64,000 nt of DNA, taken from an uncultured Gaiellaceae bacterium (GTDB lineage Bacteria > Actinomycetota > Thermoleophilia > Gaiellales > Gaiellaceae). Position 1 is the stretch's first letter; every line of letters begins with the position of its first letter. The stretch is taken from the NCBI GenBank assembly GCA_963732995.1, contig CAVTBS010000009.1, forward strand, positions 64,618 through 128,617, in the 5' to 3' direction. The notes beneath the pieces were generated by a model. The model did not search any database. It had not been told where the DNA came from and worked only from the letters and a program-made list of their open reading frames with translations. This document shows positions 1 to 9,488 of the stretch, one piece after another. Made by a program: the position numbers and the translations under genes.

Positions 1-1
1 C

Positions 2-466
2 GCCGCCAGCGGTCACGCCTATCTCGACTACGCGCCGCTCGCGGTCGCCCTCTGCGTCGCGCTCGCCGGTCTCGGGTTCGCGGCGGCCGTGCTCGACGCC
101 TTCGGCCGCCGCGATCGCAGGCGTGCCGGCGGCCACTTCTTCCTCGTCGCGGCGCTCGCACCGGTGGCGTTCACGCTTCAGGAGCTCGGCGAGCGCTTCG
201 CCCACGACGGGCAACTCCACTGGCAGCTGCTCGTGTCCGGGCCGTTCCTGGTCGGACTCGTGCTCCAGCTCCCGTTCGCGCTGCTCGCGGCGGCGATTGC
301 GTACGCCCTCGCCGGTGCAGCACGCCGGATCGCGGAGGCGCTCGAGTCGCCGCGGTCGCGACGTGTCGGCACGCCTTTCGTGCCTCGCTCGCTCTCGGTC
401 GAGCTTCCGCGCGCGCGGGCGCTCGCCGGCGGCTTCTCGGTCCGCGGTCCGCCGCAGCTCGCCTAG
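2..466 (+). CDS. hypothetical membrane protein, 5' end outside window
   Basis: Frame is open from nt 2 with high GC3. Hydrophobic segments include LAVALCVALAGLGFAAAV and FLVGLVLQLPFALLAAAIAYALAG. The ORF track lists only the 89..466 part. Confidence 0.5.
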   Translation, partial: AASGHAYLDYAPLAVALCVALAGLGFAAAVLDAFGRRDRRRAGGHFFLVAALAPVAFTLQELGERFAHDGQLHWQLLVSGPFLVGLVLQLPFALLAAAIAYALAGAARRIAEALESPRSRRVGTPFVPRSLSVELPRARALAGGFSVRGPPQLA

Positions 467-476
467 CCGACCCAGC

Positions 477-496
477 GCGGCCGCATTCGCGGCCGC
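477..496 (+). terminator. hairpin GCGGCCGC-ATTC-GCGGCCGC after the upstream CDS
   Basis: Perfect 8-bp stem with a 4-nt loop, 11 nt after the stop at 466. There is no U-tract. Confidence 0.35.
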
Positions 497-513
497 CGAT
501 CGAGCGAGGAGAG

Positions 514-2187
514 ATGGACGATCACCCGGGCCGGCGTACGTGCCGTCCGGTGCTCGTCGCGGTCGTCGCCGTCCTGGCGGCGCTCGTGGCGGCTCCACTG
601 GCTGGTGCGCACGCGCGGCTGATCACAACCCAACCTGCCAACGACGCGGTGCTCGCGGAGAGCCCGGACTCCGTGCTGCTCCGGTTCGACGAGCCGGTGG
701 AGACGGCGTTCGGCGCCATCCGCGTCTACGACGCACGGGCACGCCGTGTCGACACGGGCGACGTCGAGCGGCCGAGCGACCGCGAGGTCGAGGTCGCACT
801 CGACCCGCGGCTCGCCCGCGGCACGTACACGGCCACGTGGCGGGCTCTCTCCGGTGACGGTCATCCGGTCTCGGGCGCGTTCGTCTTCCACGTCGGCGCC
901 CCGGGTGCGAACCCTGCGGGGATCGCGGCGCAGGTGCTCGACGACGGGACGCCGGCATCCGTGTCGGTGCTGTTCTCGGTCGTGCGGGCGCTCGACTTCC
1001 TGCTTCTCTTCCTGGTCGGCGGCGGCACGCTGATGCTCGTCGCCGGGCTCGGGCGGGCAGCGGCGGAGACGAGGTGGCGGCTGACGCGGGTGCTCGCTGG
1101 TCTCTCGGTGCTGCTGGCGCTCGTCGCCCTGGCCGGGATCGTGCTCCAGGGTGCGGCGGCCGGTGGCTTCGGCCTCGCCGAGGCGCTGGACCCGGATGTC
1201 GTCTCGGCTGTGATCGGCACGCGGTTCGGGACGGTCTGGCTCGTGCAGGCGGCGCTCGCCGGTGCGACGGCGGCAATGCTCCTCGGCAGCCGGCGCATCC
1301 CGGAGCTCACGCTCTCCGCCGTGACCACGGCCGCGCTGATGCTGCTCACGCCCTCGCTCTCCGGACACGCGAGCGTCTCCGGCGGACTCGCGCTCGTCGC
1401 CGACATGGCCCACCTCCTCGCCGGGGCGGTCTGGGTCGGCGGTCTCGCCGCACTCGTGCTCGCGCTCGTCTGGGCCGGGGCGGAGCGGTGGGAGCTCGCC
1501 GCCGACGCCGTCCCGCGGTTCTCGCTGCTCGCGGTCGGCTCCGTCTCGCTGCTGATCGTCAGCGGCACGGTCAGCGGCTACCTGCAGGTTCGGGCGCTCC
1601 GGGGGCTCTGGGAGACGACCTACGGGCAGCTGCTGCTGCTCAAGCTCGGCCTCGTCCTGCCGCTGCTCGCGCTCGGCCTCTACCACAACCGGCGGGCCGT
1701 GCCCCGGCTCCGTAGCGGGCTCGCCTCGTCCCGCGAGCGGACGCGCTTCCTCCGCACGACCGGGGTGTCGCTGCTGCTGATGGTCGCGGTCGTCAGCGTC
1801 ACGGCCGTGCTCGTGTCGGAGCCGCCGGCGCGGGCGCAGGTCGCTCCCTCCGGGCCGTTCGCGACCACCGCACCGCTCGGCGACCTCGAGCTCAACCTGG
1901 TCGTCGACCCGGCGAAAGCCGGGCGCAATCAGATCCACCTCTATCTGACAAATCAAACGGGACAGCCGGAAGACGTCGACGAGGCCATGGTCTCGGCGAC
2001 GCTCGCGAGCCGTCAGATCGGCCCGTTGCGCTTCGAGGCGCACCGGGCCGGCCCCGGCCACTTCGTCGTCCACGGCGCCCAGCTGGCGCTGGCGGGCGAC
2101 TGGCAGCTTCGCGTCGAGACTCGCCGCGGCGAGTTCGACGCGGCTGAGGCGACCGTCTCCGTCCCGATCGGAAAGGAACCTCACTGA
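514..2187 (+). CDS. copper resistance protein, CopC-CopD fusion (YcnJ-like)
   Basis: Signal peptide, then a CopC-like domain (AHARLITTQPANDAVL...YTATWRALSGDGHPVSGAFVFHV), then a multi-TM CopD-like region. GAGGAGAG SD lies before the ATG. Confidence 0.88.
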   Translation: MDDHPGRRTCRPVLVAVVAVLAALVAAPLAGAHARLITTQPANDAVLAESPDSVLLRFDEPVETAFGAIRVYDARARRVDTGDVERPSDREVEVALDPRLARGTYTATWRALSGDGHPVSGAFVFHVGAPGANPAGIAAQVLDDGTPASVSVLFSVVRALDFLLLFLVGGGTLMLVAGLGRAAAETRWRLTRVLAGLSVLLALVALAGIVLQGAAAGGFGLAEALDPDVVSAVIGTRFGTVWLVQAALAGATAAMLLGSRRIPELTLSAVTTAALMLLTPSLSGHASVSGGLALVADMAHLLAGAVWVGGLAALVLALVWAGAERWELAADAVPRFSLLAVGSVSLLIVSGTVSGYLQVRALRGLWETTYGQLLLLKLGLVLPLLALGLYHNRRAVPRLRSGLASSRERTRFLRTTGVSLLLMVAVVSVTAVLVSEPPARAQVAPSGPFATTAPLGDLELNLVVDPAKAGRNQIHLYLTNQTGQPEDVDEAMVSATLASRQIGPLRFEAHRAGPGHFVVHGAQLALAGDWQLRVETRRGEFDAAEATVSVPIGKEPH

Positions 2188-2843
2188 TGCGTAGAACGCT
2201 CATCCTGCTCACGTTGGGCTCGCTGCTGCTCGTCCCCGCCGCGAGCGCCCATGTCACCGTCAACCCCGGCGAGGTGCCGTCGGACAGCTTCTCGCGGTTC
2301 GCGATCCGCGTTCCCACCGAGCGCGCCGACGCCGACACGACGAAGGTCGTGCTGCAGCTGCCCGAGGGCCTCTTCTTCGTCAGCTTCCAGCCGAAGGAGG
2401 GGTGGACGCGGACGGTGACGACCGAGAAGGTCGACCCGCCGGTCGAGTTGTTCGGCGAGACCTACTCCGAGCGGATCGCGACCGTCACCTGGGAAGGCGG
2501 CAAGATCGCCCCCGGTGAGTTCGACGAGTTCGGCATGAGCGCCAAGGTGCCGGCCGAGGTCGGGACGCTCACGTTCCCGGCGACGCAGACGTACTCGAAC
2601 GGCGAGGTCGTCCGCTGGATCGGCGCCCCCGACTCCGACGCCCCCGCTCCGCAGGTGGAGCTGACCGAAGCGGTGCAGGAGGAGACCGCCGAGCCGCTCC
2701 CGGCCGAGACGACCGCTGCGGCAGCGAGCACCGACGACGACTCCGACCTGGACGGACTCGCGCTCGCGTTCGGGATCGCCGGCCTCGTCGCCGGGCTCGC
2801 AGCGCTCGCCGTGGTGCTCCTGAGGCGGCCGAAGGGCGCATGA
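2187..2843 (+). CDS. ycnI: YcnI family (DUF1775) copper-binding protein with C-terminal TM anchor
   Basis: Signal peptide followed by HVTVNPGEVPSDSFSRFAIRVPTE, typical of DUF1775. TGATG overlap with the copCD stop. Confidence 0.85.
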   Translation: MRRTLILLTLGSLLLVPAASAHVTVNPGEVPSDSFSRFAIRVPTERADADTTKVVLQLPEGLFFVSFQPKEGWTRTVTTEKVDPPVELFGETYSERIATVTWEGGKIAPGEFDEFGMSAKVPAEVGTLTFPATQTYSNGEVVRWIGAPDSDAPAPQVELTEAVQEETAEPLPAETTAAAASTDDDSDLDGLALAFGIAGLVAGLAALAVVLLRRPKGA

Positions 2844-3478
2844 AGCTCCTTGCGGCCGCATTGCTCGCCGGCCTCGTCGTCTGCCCCGTCGCCGCGGGGC
2901 ACGGCGACGGGGCGGCGCGCGGCTTCACCTCGACCGTGACCGCGATCGCCCCCGCGGTGAGCGGTCTCGACGCGCAGGTGCTGCAGGGCGACGACCAGCT
3001 CCGGGTGCGGAACGACAGCGGCCGCGAGGTCGTGATCGAGGGCTACGACGGCGAGCCGTATCTCCGGTTCGAGGCGGACGGGGGCGTCTATCGCAACGCG
3101 GCGTCGCCGGCGACGTACCTGAACCAGGAGCGCTTCGGCGGCGTCGACGTGCCCGAGTCGGCGTCGGCGAAGGCGCCGCCGCGGTGGGAGCGGGTCTCCC
3201 GCGGCCGCTCGTACGACTGGCACGATCACCGGATCCACTGGATGAGCCCGATCGACCCGCCCAAGGTGCGGCAGGCGCCCGACCGCGCGCACCACGTCTT
3301 CGACTGGACCGTGCCGGGATCCGTCGCCGGCGAGCAGCTCGCGATCCGCGGCACGCTCGACTACGAGCCGCCGCCTGCGAGCAGCTTCAATCCCGTCCTG
3401 ATCGCGCCGGTCGCCGCGCTCGCACTCGCGGGCGGGATCTTCTGGTGGGCGCGACGACGGCGGACGGCGGCGTCCTAG
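2840..3478 (+). CDS. hypothetical secreted, C-terminally anchored protein in the copper cluster
   Basis: ATGA overlap with ycnI. Has a signal peptide, a His-rich stretch (YDWHDHRIHW) and a C-terminal TM plus RRRR. No family recognised. Confidence 0.7.
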   Translation: MKLLAAALLAGLVVCPVAAGHGDGAARGFTSTVTAIAPAVSGLDAQVLQGDDQLRVRNDSGREVVIEGYDGEPYLRFEADGGVYRNAASPATYLNQERFGGVDVPESASAKAPPRWERVSRGRSYDWHDHRIHWMSPIDPPKVRQAPDRAHHVFDWTVPGSVAGEQLAIRGTLDYEPPPASSFNPVLIAPVAALALAGGIFWWARRRRTAAS

Positions 3479-4014
3479 TGCCGAAGCAGGCCGTTCTGCT
3501 GCGCGGGATCAACCTCGCCAAGCGCCGGCGGGTCTCGATGCCCGACCTGCGCAAGCTGCTCGAGCAGCACGGCTATGGCGACGTGCGTACGCACCTGCAG
3601 AGCGGCAACGTCATCCTCTCGAGCCCGCTCTCGCCGCGGCAGCTCGAGACCCGGCTGGAGCGAGAGCTCGCGGCCGGGCTCGGCTTCGACGTCGCGGTGC
3701 TCGTCCGCACGCGGTCCGAGCTGGCGAAGGTGGTCGCGCTCGACCCGCTCGGCAAGGTCGCGACGAATCCGTCCCGCTACCTCGTCAGCTTCCTCTCGAA
3801 GAAGCTGCCGGCCGCGGTCGCCCGCGAGCTCGAGTCGACGGACGTCGCACCCGGCCGTGTCGTGGTCGAGGGCCGGGAGCTGTATGCCTGGCACCCGGAG
3901 GGCGTCCAGCGCTCGCCGCTCGTGAAGCTCCTCGACGACAAGCGCCTCGGCGTCGTCTCGACCGCGCGCAACTGGAACACGGTCACGAAGCTGCTCGAGC
4001 TGCTCGACGACTAG
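3478..4014 (+). CDS. DUF1697 family protein
   Basis: In-frame GTG at 3478 overlaps the TAG of the previous gene. VLLRGINLAKRRRVSMPDLRKLLE...QSGNVI resembles the DUF1697 N-terminus. The listed ORF 3184..4014 is over-extended upstream. Confidence 0.75.
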   Translation: MPKQAVLLRGINLAKRRRVSMPDLRKLLEQHGYGDVRTHLQSGNVILSSPLSPRQLETRLERELAAGLGFDVAVLVRTRSELAKVVALDPLGKVATNPSRYLVSFLSKKLPAAVARELESTDVAPGRVVVEGRELYAWHPEGVQRSPLVKLLDDKRLGVVSTARNWNTVTKLLELLDD

Positions 4015-4024
4015 GGTCGCAACC

Positions 4025-5068
4025 ATGCGCTCGCGGCGGATGATCACCGTCGTCGGCTGCCACGCCGGCGGCGAGATCGGCAACGTCGTCGTCGGCGGCG
4101 TCCTGCCTCCGGCCGGGGCGACCGTGTTCGAGCAGATGCAGACGCTCGAGCGGGAGGGCGACGGTCTCCGGAAGCTCCTGCTGCGCGAGCCGCGCGGCAG
4201 CGTCGCCTGCCACGCGAATCTCGTCGTCCCCGCGACGCGGCCGGACTGCGACGCGGGCTTCATCATCATGGAGCCGACCGAGTATCCGGCCATGTCCGGT
4301 TCGAACACGATCTGCACGACCACCGTCCTGCTCGAGACGGGCATGGTCGAGCTGATCGAGCCCGAGACGGTCGTGCGCCTGGAGGCGCCGGGCGGCGTCG
4401 TCGAGGCGCGGGCCAGCTGCCGGGACGGCCGCGTCGAGAGCGTCGAGTTCATGAACGTGCCCTGCTTCGTCGACCGGCTCGACGCGGCGCTCGAGGTCGA
4501 GGGGCTCGGCACGGTGGCGGTCGACGTCGCCTACGGCGGCATGTGGTACGCGATCGCCGACGCGCATGCTCTGGGCTTCGCGATCGAGCCGCAGGAGGCG
4601 CGCGACCTGTCGCTGGCCGGCGAGCGGATCCGCGCCGCCGCGCGCGACCAGCTGTCGTGCGTCCATCCCGAGAACCCGGCGATCGCGGGAGTCAGCATCG
4701 TCCAGCTGGCGGAGCCGTGGCAGGGGATCGGGAAGGTGAGCCGGAACGCCGTCGTCGTCGCGCCGGGGCGGCTCGACCGCTCGGCGACCGGCACCGGGCT
4801 CTCGGCCCGGCTGGCCGTCCTGCACGCGCGCGGCCTGATGCGCGTCGGCGACGCGATGGCGCACGCCTCGGCGATCGGCTCCACCTTCGACGGGAGGATC
4901 GTGGCGGAGACCCGAGTCGGCGACCGCGGCGCGATCGTGCCGGCAATCCGCGGCAGCGCGTGGATCACCGGTGTGACGCAGCTCTACGTCGATCCGGACG
5001 ACCCGTTTCCCGAGGGCTACCTGCTCTCGGACACGTGGGGCGTCAGCGGGCTCGACAGCCAGGCCTGA
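4025..5068 (+). CDS. proline racemase / hydroxyproline epimerase superfamily protein, Ser/Thr variant (probable dehydratase-type)
   Basis: Family motifs are present. The first catalytic position reads AMSGSNT where MCGH is expected. The second reads DRSATGTG where DRSPCGTG is expected. Confidence 0.85.
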   Translation: MRSRRMITVVGCHAGGEIGNVVVGGVLPPAGATVFEQMQTLEREGDGLRKLLLREPRGSVACHANLVVPATRPDCDAGFIIMEPTEYPAMSGSNTICTTTVLLETGMVELIEPETVVRLEAPGGVVEARASCRDGRVESVEFMNVPCFVDRLDAALEVEGLGTVAVDVAYGGMWYAIADAHALGFAIEPQEARDLSLAGERIRAAARDQLSCVHPENPAIAGVSIVQLAEPWQGIGKVSRNAVVVAPGRLDRSATGTGLSARLAVLHARGLMRVGDAMAHASAIGSTFDGRIVAETRVGDRGAIVPAIRGSAWITGVTQLYVDPDDPFPEGYLLSDTWGVSGLDSQA

Positions 5069-5097
5069 CCGGTGGGGCGCAGTCGCCCGCGCCTCAC

Positions 5098-5119
5098 CGC
5101 TCCCCCGCTGAAAGGAGCG
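5098..5119. terminator. hairpin between convergent genes (CGCTCC-N10-GGAGCG)
   Basis: 6-bp stem in the 56-nt gap between the + gene ending at 5068 and ku ending at 5125. Confidence 0.3.
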
Positions 5120-5124
5120 CGTGT

Positions 5125-5967
5125 CTAGCGCTTCGTGCGCCGCTTCCGCGCGGTCGCCTTGCGGCCGGCCGGCGGGCGCTTCGCGCGGACGGAGCCCTTG
5201 CGCTTCTTCGCGGCGTCGACGGAGGCTTTGAGCGCGGCCAGCAGGTCGGCCGGCTCCTCGTCCTCGGCGGCGGGCACGGCGGTGATCGTCTCGCCCTTCT
5301 GCTTCGCCTTGATCAGCTTCAGAAGCGTCTCGCGGTAGGTGTCCTCGTACCGCTCGGGCTCGAAGCTCCCCTTGAACTGGCCGATCAGGGCGGTCGCCAT
5401 CTTCAGCTCCGCCGCGGGCACCTTGGCCTTCCTCGGCGCGATTTCCTTCGCAGGCCGGATCTCGTCGTGGAAGAAGAGCTTCTCGAGCGTGATCACGCCC
5501 GCGCGGATCCGCAGACAGCCCAGGTGTTGCTTGTCGCGCATCACGTACTTGCCGACTGCCGCGAGGCCGGTGTCCTCCATTGCCTGGCGCAGGAGCGAGT
5601 AGACCTTCTCGCTGCCGTCCTGCGGCCCCAGGTAGTAGGTGCGCTCGAAGTAGATCGGGTCGATCTCCTCGTACGGGACGAAGTCGGAGATCTCGATCGA
5701 CTTGACGCCCTCGGTCTTGGCGGCGGCGAAGTCCTCGTCGGTGAGGATGACGAGCTCGTCCTTCTTCACCTCGTACGCCTTCACGATCTCCTCGTCCGGG
5801 ACGGGCTCGTTCTCGGCCTTGCAGACCTTCTGGTAGCCGATCCGGCCGCCGTCCGGCTCGTGGACGAGGTGGAAGCGGAGGTCGGACTCGTCGATCGCGC
5901 TGTACATCCGCACCGGGACGTTGACGAGCCCGAACGAGATCGTGCCGGTCCAGATCGCTCGCGGCAT
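5125..5967 (-). CDS. ku: non-homologous end joining protein Ku
   Basis: MPRAIWTGTISFGLVNVPVRMYSA... is the canonical bacterial Ku N-terminus. The C-terminal tail is basic. Confidence 0.95.
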   Translation of the reverse strand: MPRAIWTGTISFGLVNVPVRMYSAIDESDLRFHLVHEPDGGRIGYQKVCKAENEPVPDEEIVKAYEVKKDELVILTDEDFAAAKTEGVKSIEISDFVPYEEIDPIYFERTYYLGPQDGSEKVYSLLRQAMEDTGLAAVGKYVMRDKQHLGCLRIRAGVITLEKLFFHDEIRPAKEIAPRKAKVPAAELKMATALIGQFKGSFEPERYEDTYRETLLKLIKAKQKGETITAVPAAEDEEPADLLAALKASVDAAKKRKGSVRAKRPPAGRKATARKRRTKR

Positions 5968-6052
5968 GTGATCTCAACGGTGGAGCGATTGATTCGGATT
6001 CGGCACGAAGCCGTTGCGCTCTCGTTGCACATCGCGGCGTAGCGTGGCCGGC

Positions 6053-6334
6053 ATGGGCGGAACGACGAAGGCAGGGACGATCAAGGCAGCGACTCCATGG
6101 GGCCCGGCGACGCTGGTCGAGGAGCTCCGGCTGCCCCAGCAGTCGGGCGGGAAGCGCTTCGCCTCCCTCGTCCAGCTGCTCGAGGACGGAAACGGCGAGC
6201 GGCTCGTTCGCTTCGCCTACGCCACCGACGGAGTCGCGCGGCGCGGTCCGGTGACGCTACGGCTCCGCGACCTCGAGCGGCTCCGCCAGGCGCTCGCCAA
6301 GCATCCCGGGCTCGAGGAGGTGCTGCGGCTGTGA
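6053..6334 (+). CDS. hypothetical protein
   Basis: High GC3 in the frame of ORF 6014..6334. Start taken at ATG 6053 (GTG 6044 is also possible). Divergent from ku. Confidence 0.55.
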   Translation: MGGTTKAGTIKAATPWGPATLVEELRLPQQSGGKRFASLVQLLEDGNGERLVRFAYATDGVARRGPVTLRLRDLERLRQALAKHPGLEEVLRL

Positions 6335-6348
6335 GGCCGGCGACGCGC

Positions 6349-7044
6349 TCAGGCGGCCGCGAGGCTTCGCTCGCGTGCGGCGTCCACGAGTGCAGCGAGC
6401 AGCAGCGCCCCGTCGCCCGAGCCGAGCAGCGGGTCGACCGCGTGCTCCGGATGCGGCATCAGGCCGAACACGTTGCGCGCCTCGTTGCACACACCGGCGA
6501 CGTCGCCGACCGAGCCGTTGCAATCCTCCGCGTAGCGCAGCACCAGCTGGCCTGCGGCCTCCAGGTCGGCGTACAGCTCCTCGTCCGCATACCAGCAACC
6601 TTCGCCGTGCTTCACCGGGATCGTCAGCTCCTGATTCGGCTGACAACGCGCCGTGAACGGCGTGTCGGTCCGCTCGACACGGAGGCGGACGTCCCGACAG
6701 ATGAACTCGAGGTCGCGGTTCTGCCGCAGCACGCCCGGCAGCAGGCCGGCCTCGCAGAGGATCTGGAAGCCGTTGCAGATCCCGAGCACCGGGCCGCCCT
6801 CGGCCGCGAACGCGCGCACCGCGTCCAGCACAGGTGCGAAGCGCGCGATCGCGCCGCACCGGAGGTAGTCGCCGTACGAGAACCCGCCCGGAAGCACGAC
6901 CGCACCGGTGCCGCGGGGCAGCTCGGTCGCGGCGTGCCAGACGAGCTCCGCCTCGGCGCCGAGGGCGCCGAGCGCCCAGGCGGCGTCCCGGTCGTCGTTC
7001 GAGCCCGGGAAGACCAGCACCGCCACCTTCGGCCGGTCGCTCAC
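6349..7044 (-). CDS. purQ: phosphoribosylformylglycinamidine synthase, glutaminase subunit PurQ
   Basis: KVAVLVFPGSNDDRD...GFSYGDYLRCGA...GICNGFQIL (catalytic Cys). GTG 7044 overlaps the purS stop as GTGA. Confidence 0.93.
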   Translation of the reverse strand: MSDRPKVAVLVFPGSNDDRDAAWALGALGAEAELVWHAATELPRGTGAVVLPGGFSYGDYLRCGAIARFAPVLDAVRAFAAEGGPVLGICNGFQILCEAGLLPGVLRQNRDLEFICRDVRLRVERTDTPFTARCQPNQELTIPVKHGEGCWYADEELYADLEAAGQLVLRYAEDCNGSVGDVAGVCNEARNVFGLMPHPEHAVDPLLGSGDGALLLAALVDAARERSLAAA

Positions 7045-7283
7045 GCGCCGTCCACCTCGATCTCGAAGCTCTCGATCAGCGGGTTCGCGAGCAGCTCGTT
7101 GCACATGCGCTCCACCTGGGCTTTCGCCTCCTCCGAGCTGGGGGCGTCGACCTCCAGATCGACGAGCCGGCCCACGCGGGCACCTCCGACGGCGAAACCG
7201 AGCTTGCGCAGCGACCCCTGCACCGCCTCGCCCTGCGGATCGAGGATGCCCTGCTTCGGCCGCACGAGCACGGTCACCTTCAT
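7041..7283 (-). CDS. purS: phosphoribosylformylglycinamidine synthase subunit PurS
   Basis: 80-aa MKVTVLVRPKQGILDPQGEAV... lies between purC and purQ with 4-nt overlaps on both sides. Confidence 0.9.
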   Translation of the reverse strand: MKVTVLVRPKQGILDPQGEAVQGSLRKLGFAVGGARVGRLVDLEVDAPSSEEAKAQVERMCNELLANPLIESFEIEVDGA

Positions 7284-8143
7284 CGCAGCACCACCTGCGG
7301 GTCGGCGAGGTAGGCGTCGAACGCGAGCCCAGTCAACAACTCGAACGCCTCGACGTAGCGGGCACGCGTCCCTGCGACGACGTCTGCGGGCACCTCCGGG
7401 CCGGGATCGGTCTTGTCCCAGCCGAGCGCTTCGCAGTAGTCGCGCACGTACTGCTTGTCGTAGGACGGCTGAGGCCCGCCGGGCGCGTACTCGCTCGCCG
7501 GCCAGAAGCGCGAGGAGTCGGGCGTCAGCGCCTCGTCGCCGAGGACGAGCACGCCGGACTGGTCGAGGCCGAGCTCGAACTTCGTGTCCGCGAGGATGAT
7601 CCCGCGCGCCTCTGCATGATCGGCTGCGAAGGCATAGAGGGCGAGCGCGACGGCCTCGACCTCGGCCCACCGCTCGACACCGACCAGCTCGGCCGCCGTG
7701 CGCGCGTCGATGTTCTCGTCGTGGCCGGAAGCAGCCTTCGTCGCCGGCGTCACGATCGGCTGCGGCAGCCGATCCGACTCGACGAGCCCTGCCGGGAGCG
7801 CGTGCCCGCAGACCGAGCCCGTGGCCCGATAGTCCTTCCAGCCGGAGCCGGACAGGTAGCCGCGGACGACCACCTCGACCGGGAGCATCTGCAGCCGCCG
7901 GCATTCCAGCGAGCGGCCGTCGCCGCGCAGCGCCAGCAGGTGGTTCGGCACGAGCTCACGGGTGAGGCGGAACCAGAACGCGGAGAGGCCGGTGAGCACG
8001 CGACCTTTGTCGGGGATCTCGGTGGGCAGGATCACGTCGAAGGTCGAGATCCGGTCGGACGCGACGAGCAGCAACCGCTCGTCGTCGAGGGCGTAGAGCT
8101 CGCGCACCTTGCCGCTGCCGAGATGAACGGCCGTCTCAGGCAT
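7280..8143 (-). CDS. purC: phosphoribosylaminoimidazole-succinocarboxamide synthase
   Basis: GSGKVRELYALDDERLLLVASDRISTFDVILPTEIPDKGRVLT is a SAICAR synthase signature. Start is ATG 8143. Confidence 0.93.
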   Translation of the reverse strand: MPETAVHLGSGKVRELYALDDERLLLVASDRISTFDVILPTEIPDKGRVLTGLSAFWFRLTRELVPNHLLALRGDGRSLECRRLQMLPVEVVVRGYLSGSGWKDYRATGSVCGHALPAGLVESDRLPQPIVTPATKAASGHDENIDARTAAELVGVERWAEVEAVALALYAFAADHAEARGIILADTKFELGLDQSGVLVLGDEALTPDSSRFWPASEYAPGGPQPSYDKQYVRDYCEALGWDKTDPGPEVPADVVAGTRARYVEAFELLTGLAFDAYLADPQVVLR

Positions 8144-9446
8144 GGACCTGCTCCTCGCGGAGCGCCCGCAGGCGGTCGAAGACGACCCCGGCGTTGCGCG
8201 TGTACGAGCCGAGGTCGAAGACGGTGTCGAGGTCGACTGCGCCGGCGATCTCGGCGTCGGCTCGCACCAGCCCGGGGAAGTCGAGTGCCTCGTCCCAGGC
8301 TCGCATCGCATGGCGCTGCACGAGCCGGTAGGCCCCGTCCCGGGGCAGTCCGGACTCGACGAGCGCGAGCAGCAGGCGCTGGCTGAAGTAGAGACGATGG
8401 CTCGCGTCCAGGTTCTCGCGCATCCGCTCGGTGCGGACGACGAGGCCTTCGAGCAGCCACGCGAAGCGGTCGAGCATGTAGTCGACGGCGAGGAAGGCGT
8501 CGGGCAGGACGACCCGCTCCGCCGAGGAGTGGGAGATGTCCCGCTCGTGCCAGAGCGCGACGTTCTCGAGCCCGACGACCGCGTTTCCGCGGACGACGCG
8601 CGCGAGCCCGCAGATCCGCTCGGAGACGATCGGGTTCCGCTTGTGCGGCATCGCCGACGAGCCCTTCTGCCCGCTGCCGAACGGCTCCTCGATCTCGCGG
8701 ACCTCGGTACGCGCGAGATGCCGGAGCTCGAGCGCGAAGCGCTCCAGCGAGGCCGCGAGCAGCGCGAGCGCGTTCAGCACCTCGGCGTGCCGGTCGCGCT
8801 GGAGGATCTGGGTCGAGCTCGGCGCCGGCTCGAGCCCGAGCCGTTCGCAGGCGATCCGCTCGACCTCGGGATCCGCCGCCGAGTAGGTGCCGACCGCACC
8901 CGAGAGCTTGCCGACGCGCATCCCCTCGAGCGCATGGGCGACCCGATCGCGGTCCCGCTCGAGCGCGAACGCCCAGCCGGCGAGCTTGAGCCCGAACGTC
9001 GTCGGCTCGGCGTGGACGCCGTGCGTCCGTCCGATCGTGATCGTGTCCCGGTGCTCCTCGGCGCGGGCGACGACCGCAGCGAACGCGCGCTCGATCCCGT
9101 CCAGCACGAGCGTCCCGGCTTCGCGGATCTGGAGCGACAGCGCGGTGTCGAGCACGTCCGACGAGGTCAGGCCGTAGTGGAACCAGCGCCCCTCCTCGCC
9201 GAGCTGCTCCGCCACCGCGTCCACGAACGCCGCGACGTCGTGTTGCGTCCGGGCCTCGATCTCGGCCACGCGCTCGGGGCTCGGCGGTACCGCACGTGCG
9301 CGGATTGCGTCGACGGCTTCGTGCGGAACGACACCGGTCTCCGCCCAGCCCTCGAGCGCGGCGAGCTCGACGTCGAGCCAGCGGCGCAGCTTCGCCTCGT
9401 CCGACCAGATCGCCGACATGGCCGGGCGGGAGTAGCGCGAAATCAC
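8136..9446 (-). CDS. purB: adenylosuccinate lyase
   Basis: MISRYSRPAMSAIWSDEAKLRRWLDVELA... and the SSAMPHKRNP signature loop. Confidence 0.95.
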   Translation of the reverse strand: MISRYSRPAMSAIWSDEAKLRRWLDVELAALEGWAETGVVPHEAVDAIRARAVPPSPERVAEIEARTQHDVAAFVDAVAEQLGEEGRWFHYGLTSSDVLDTALSLQIREAGTLVLDGIERAFAAVVARAEEHRDTITIGRTHGVHAEPTTFGLKLAGWAFALERDRDRVAHALEGMRVGKLSGAVGTYSAADPEVERIACERLGLEPAPSSTQILQRDRHAEVLNALALLAASLERFALELRHLARTEVREIEEPFGSGQKGSSAMPHKRNPIVSERICGLARVVRGNAVVGLENVALWHERDISHSSAERVVLPDAFLAVDYMLDRFAWLLEGLVVRTERMRENLDASHRLYFSQRLLLALVESGLPRDGAYRLVQRHAMRAWDEALDFPGLVRADAEIAGAVDLDTVFDLGSYTRNAGVVFDRLRALREEQVHA

Positions 9447-9488
9447 TCGAGCGAGTCTAGCGTCCGTCCCGGCGATCGACCGCCGCGA

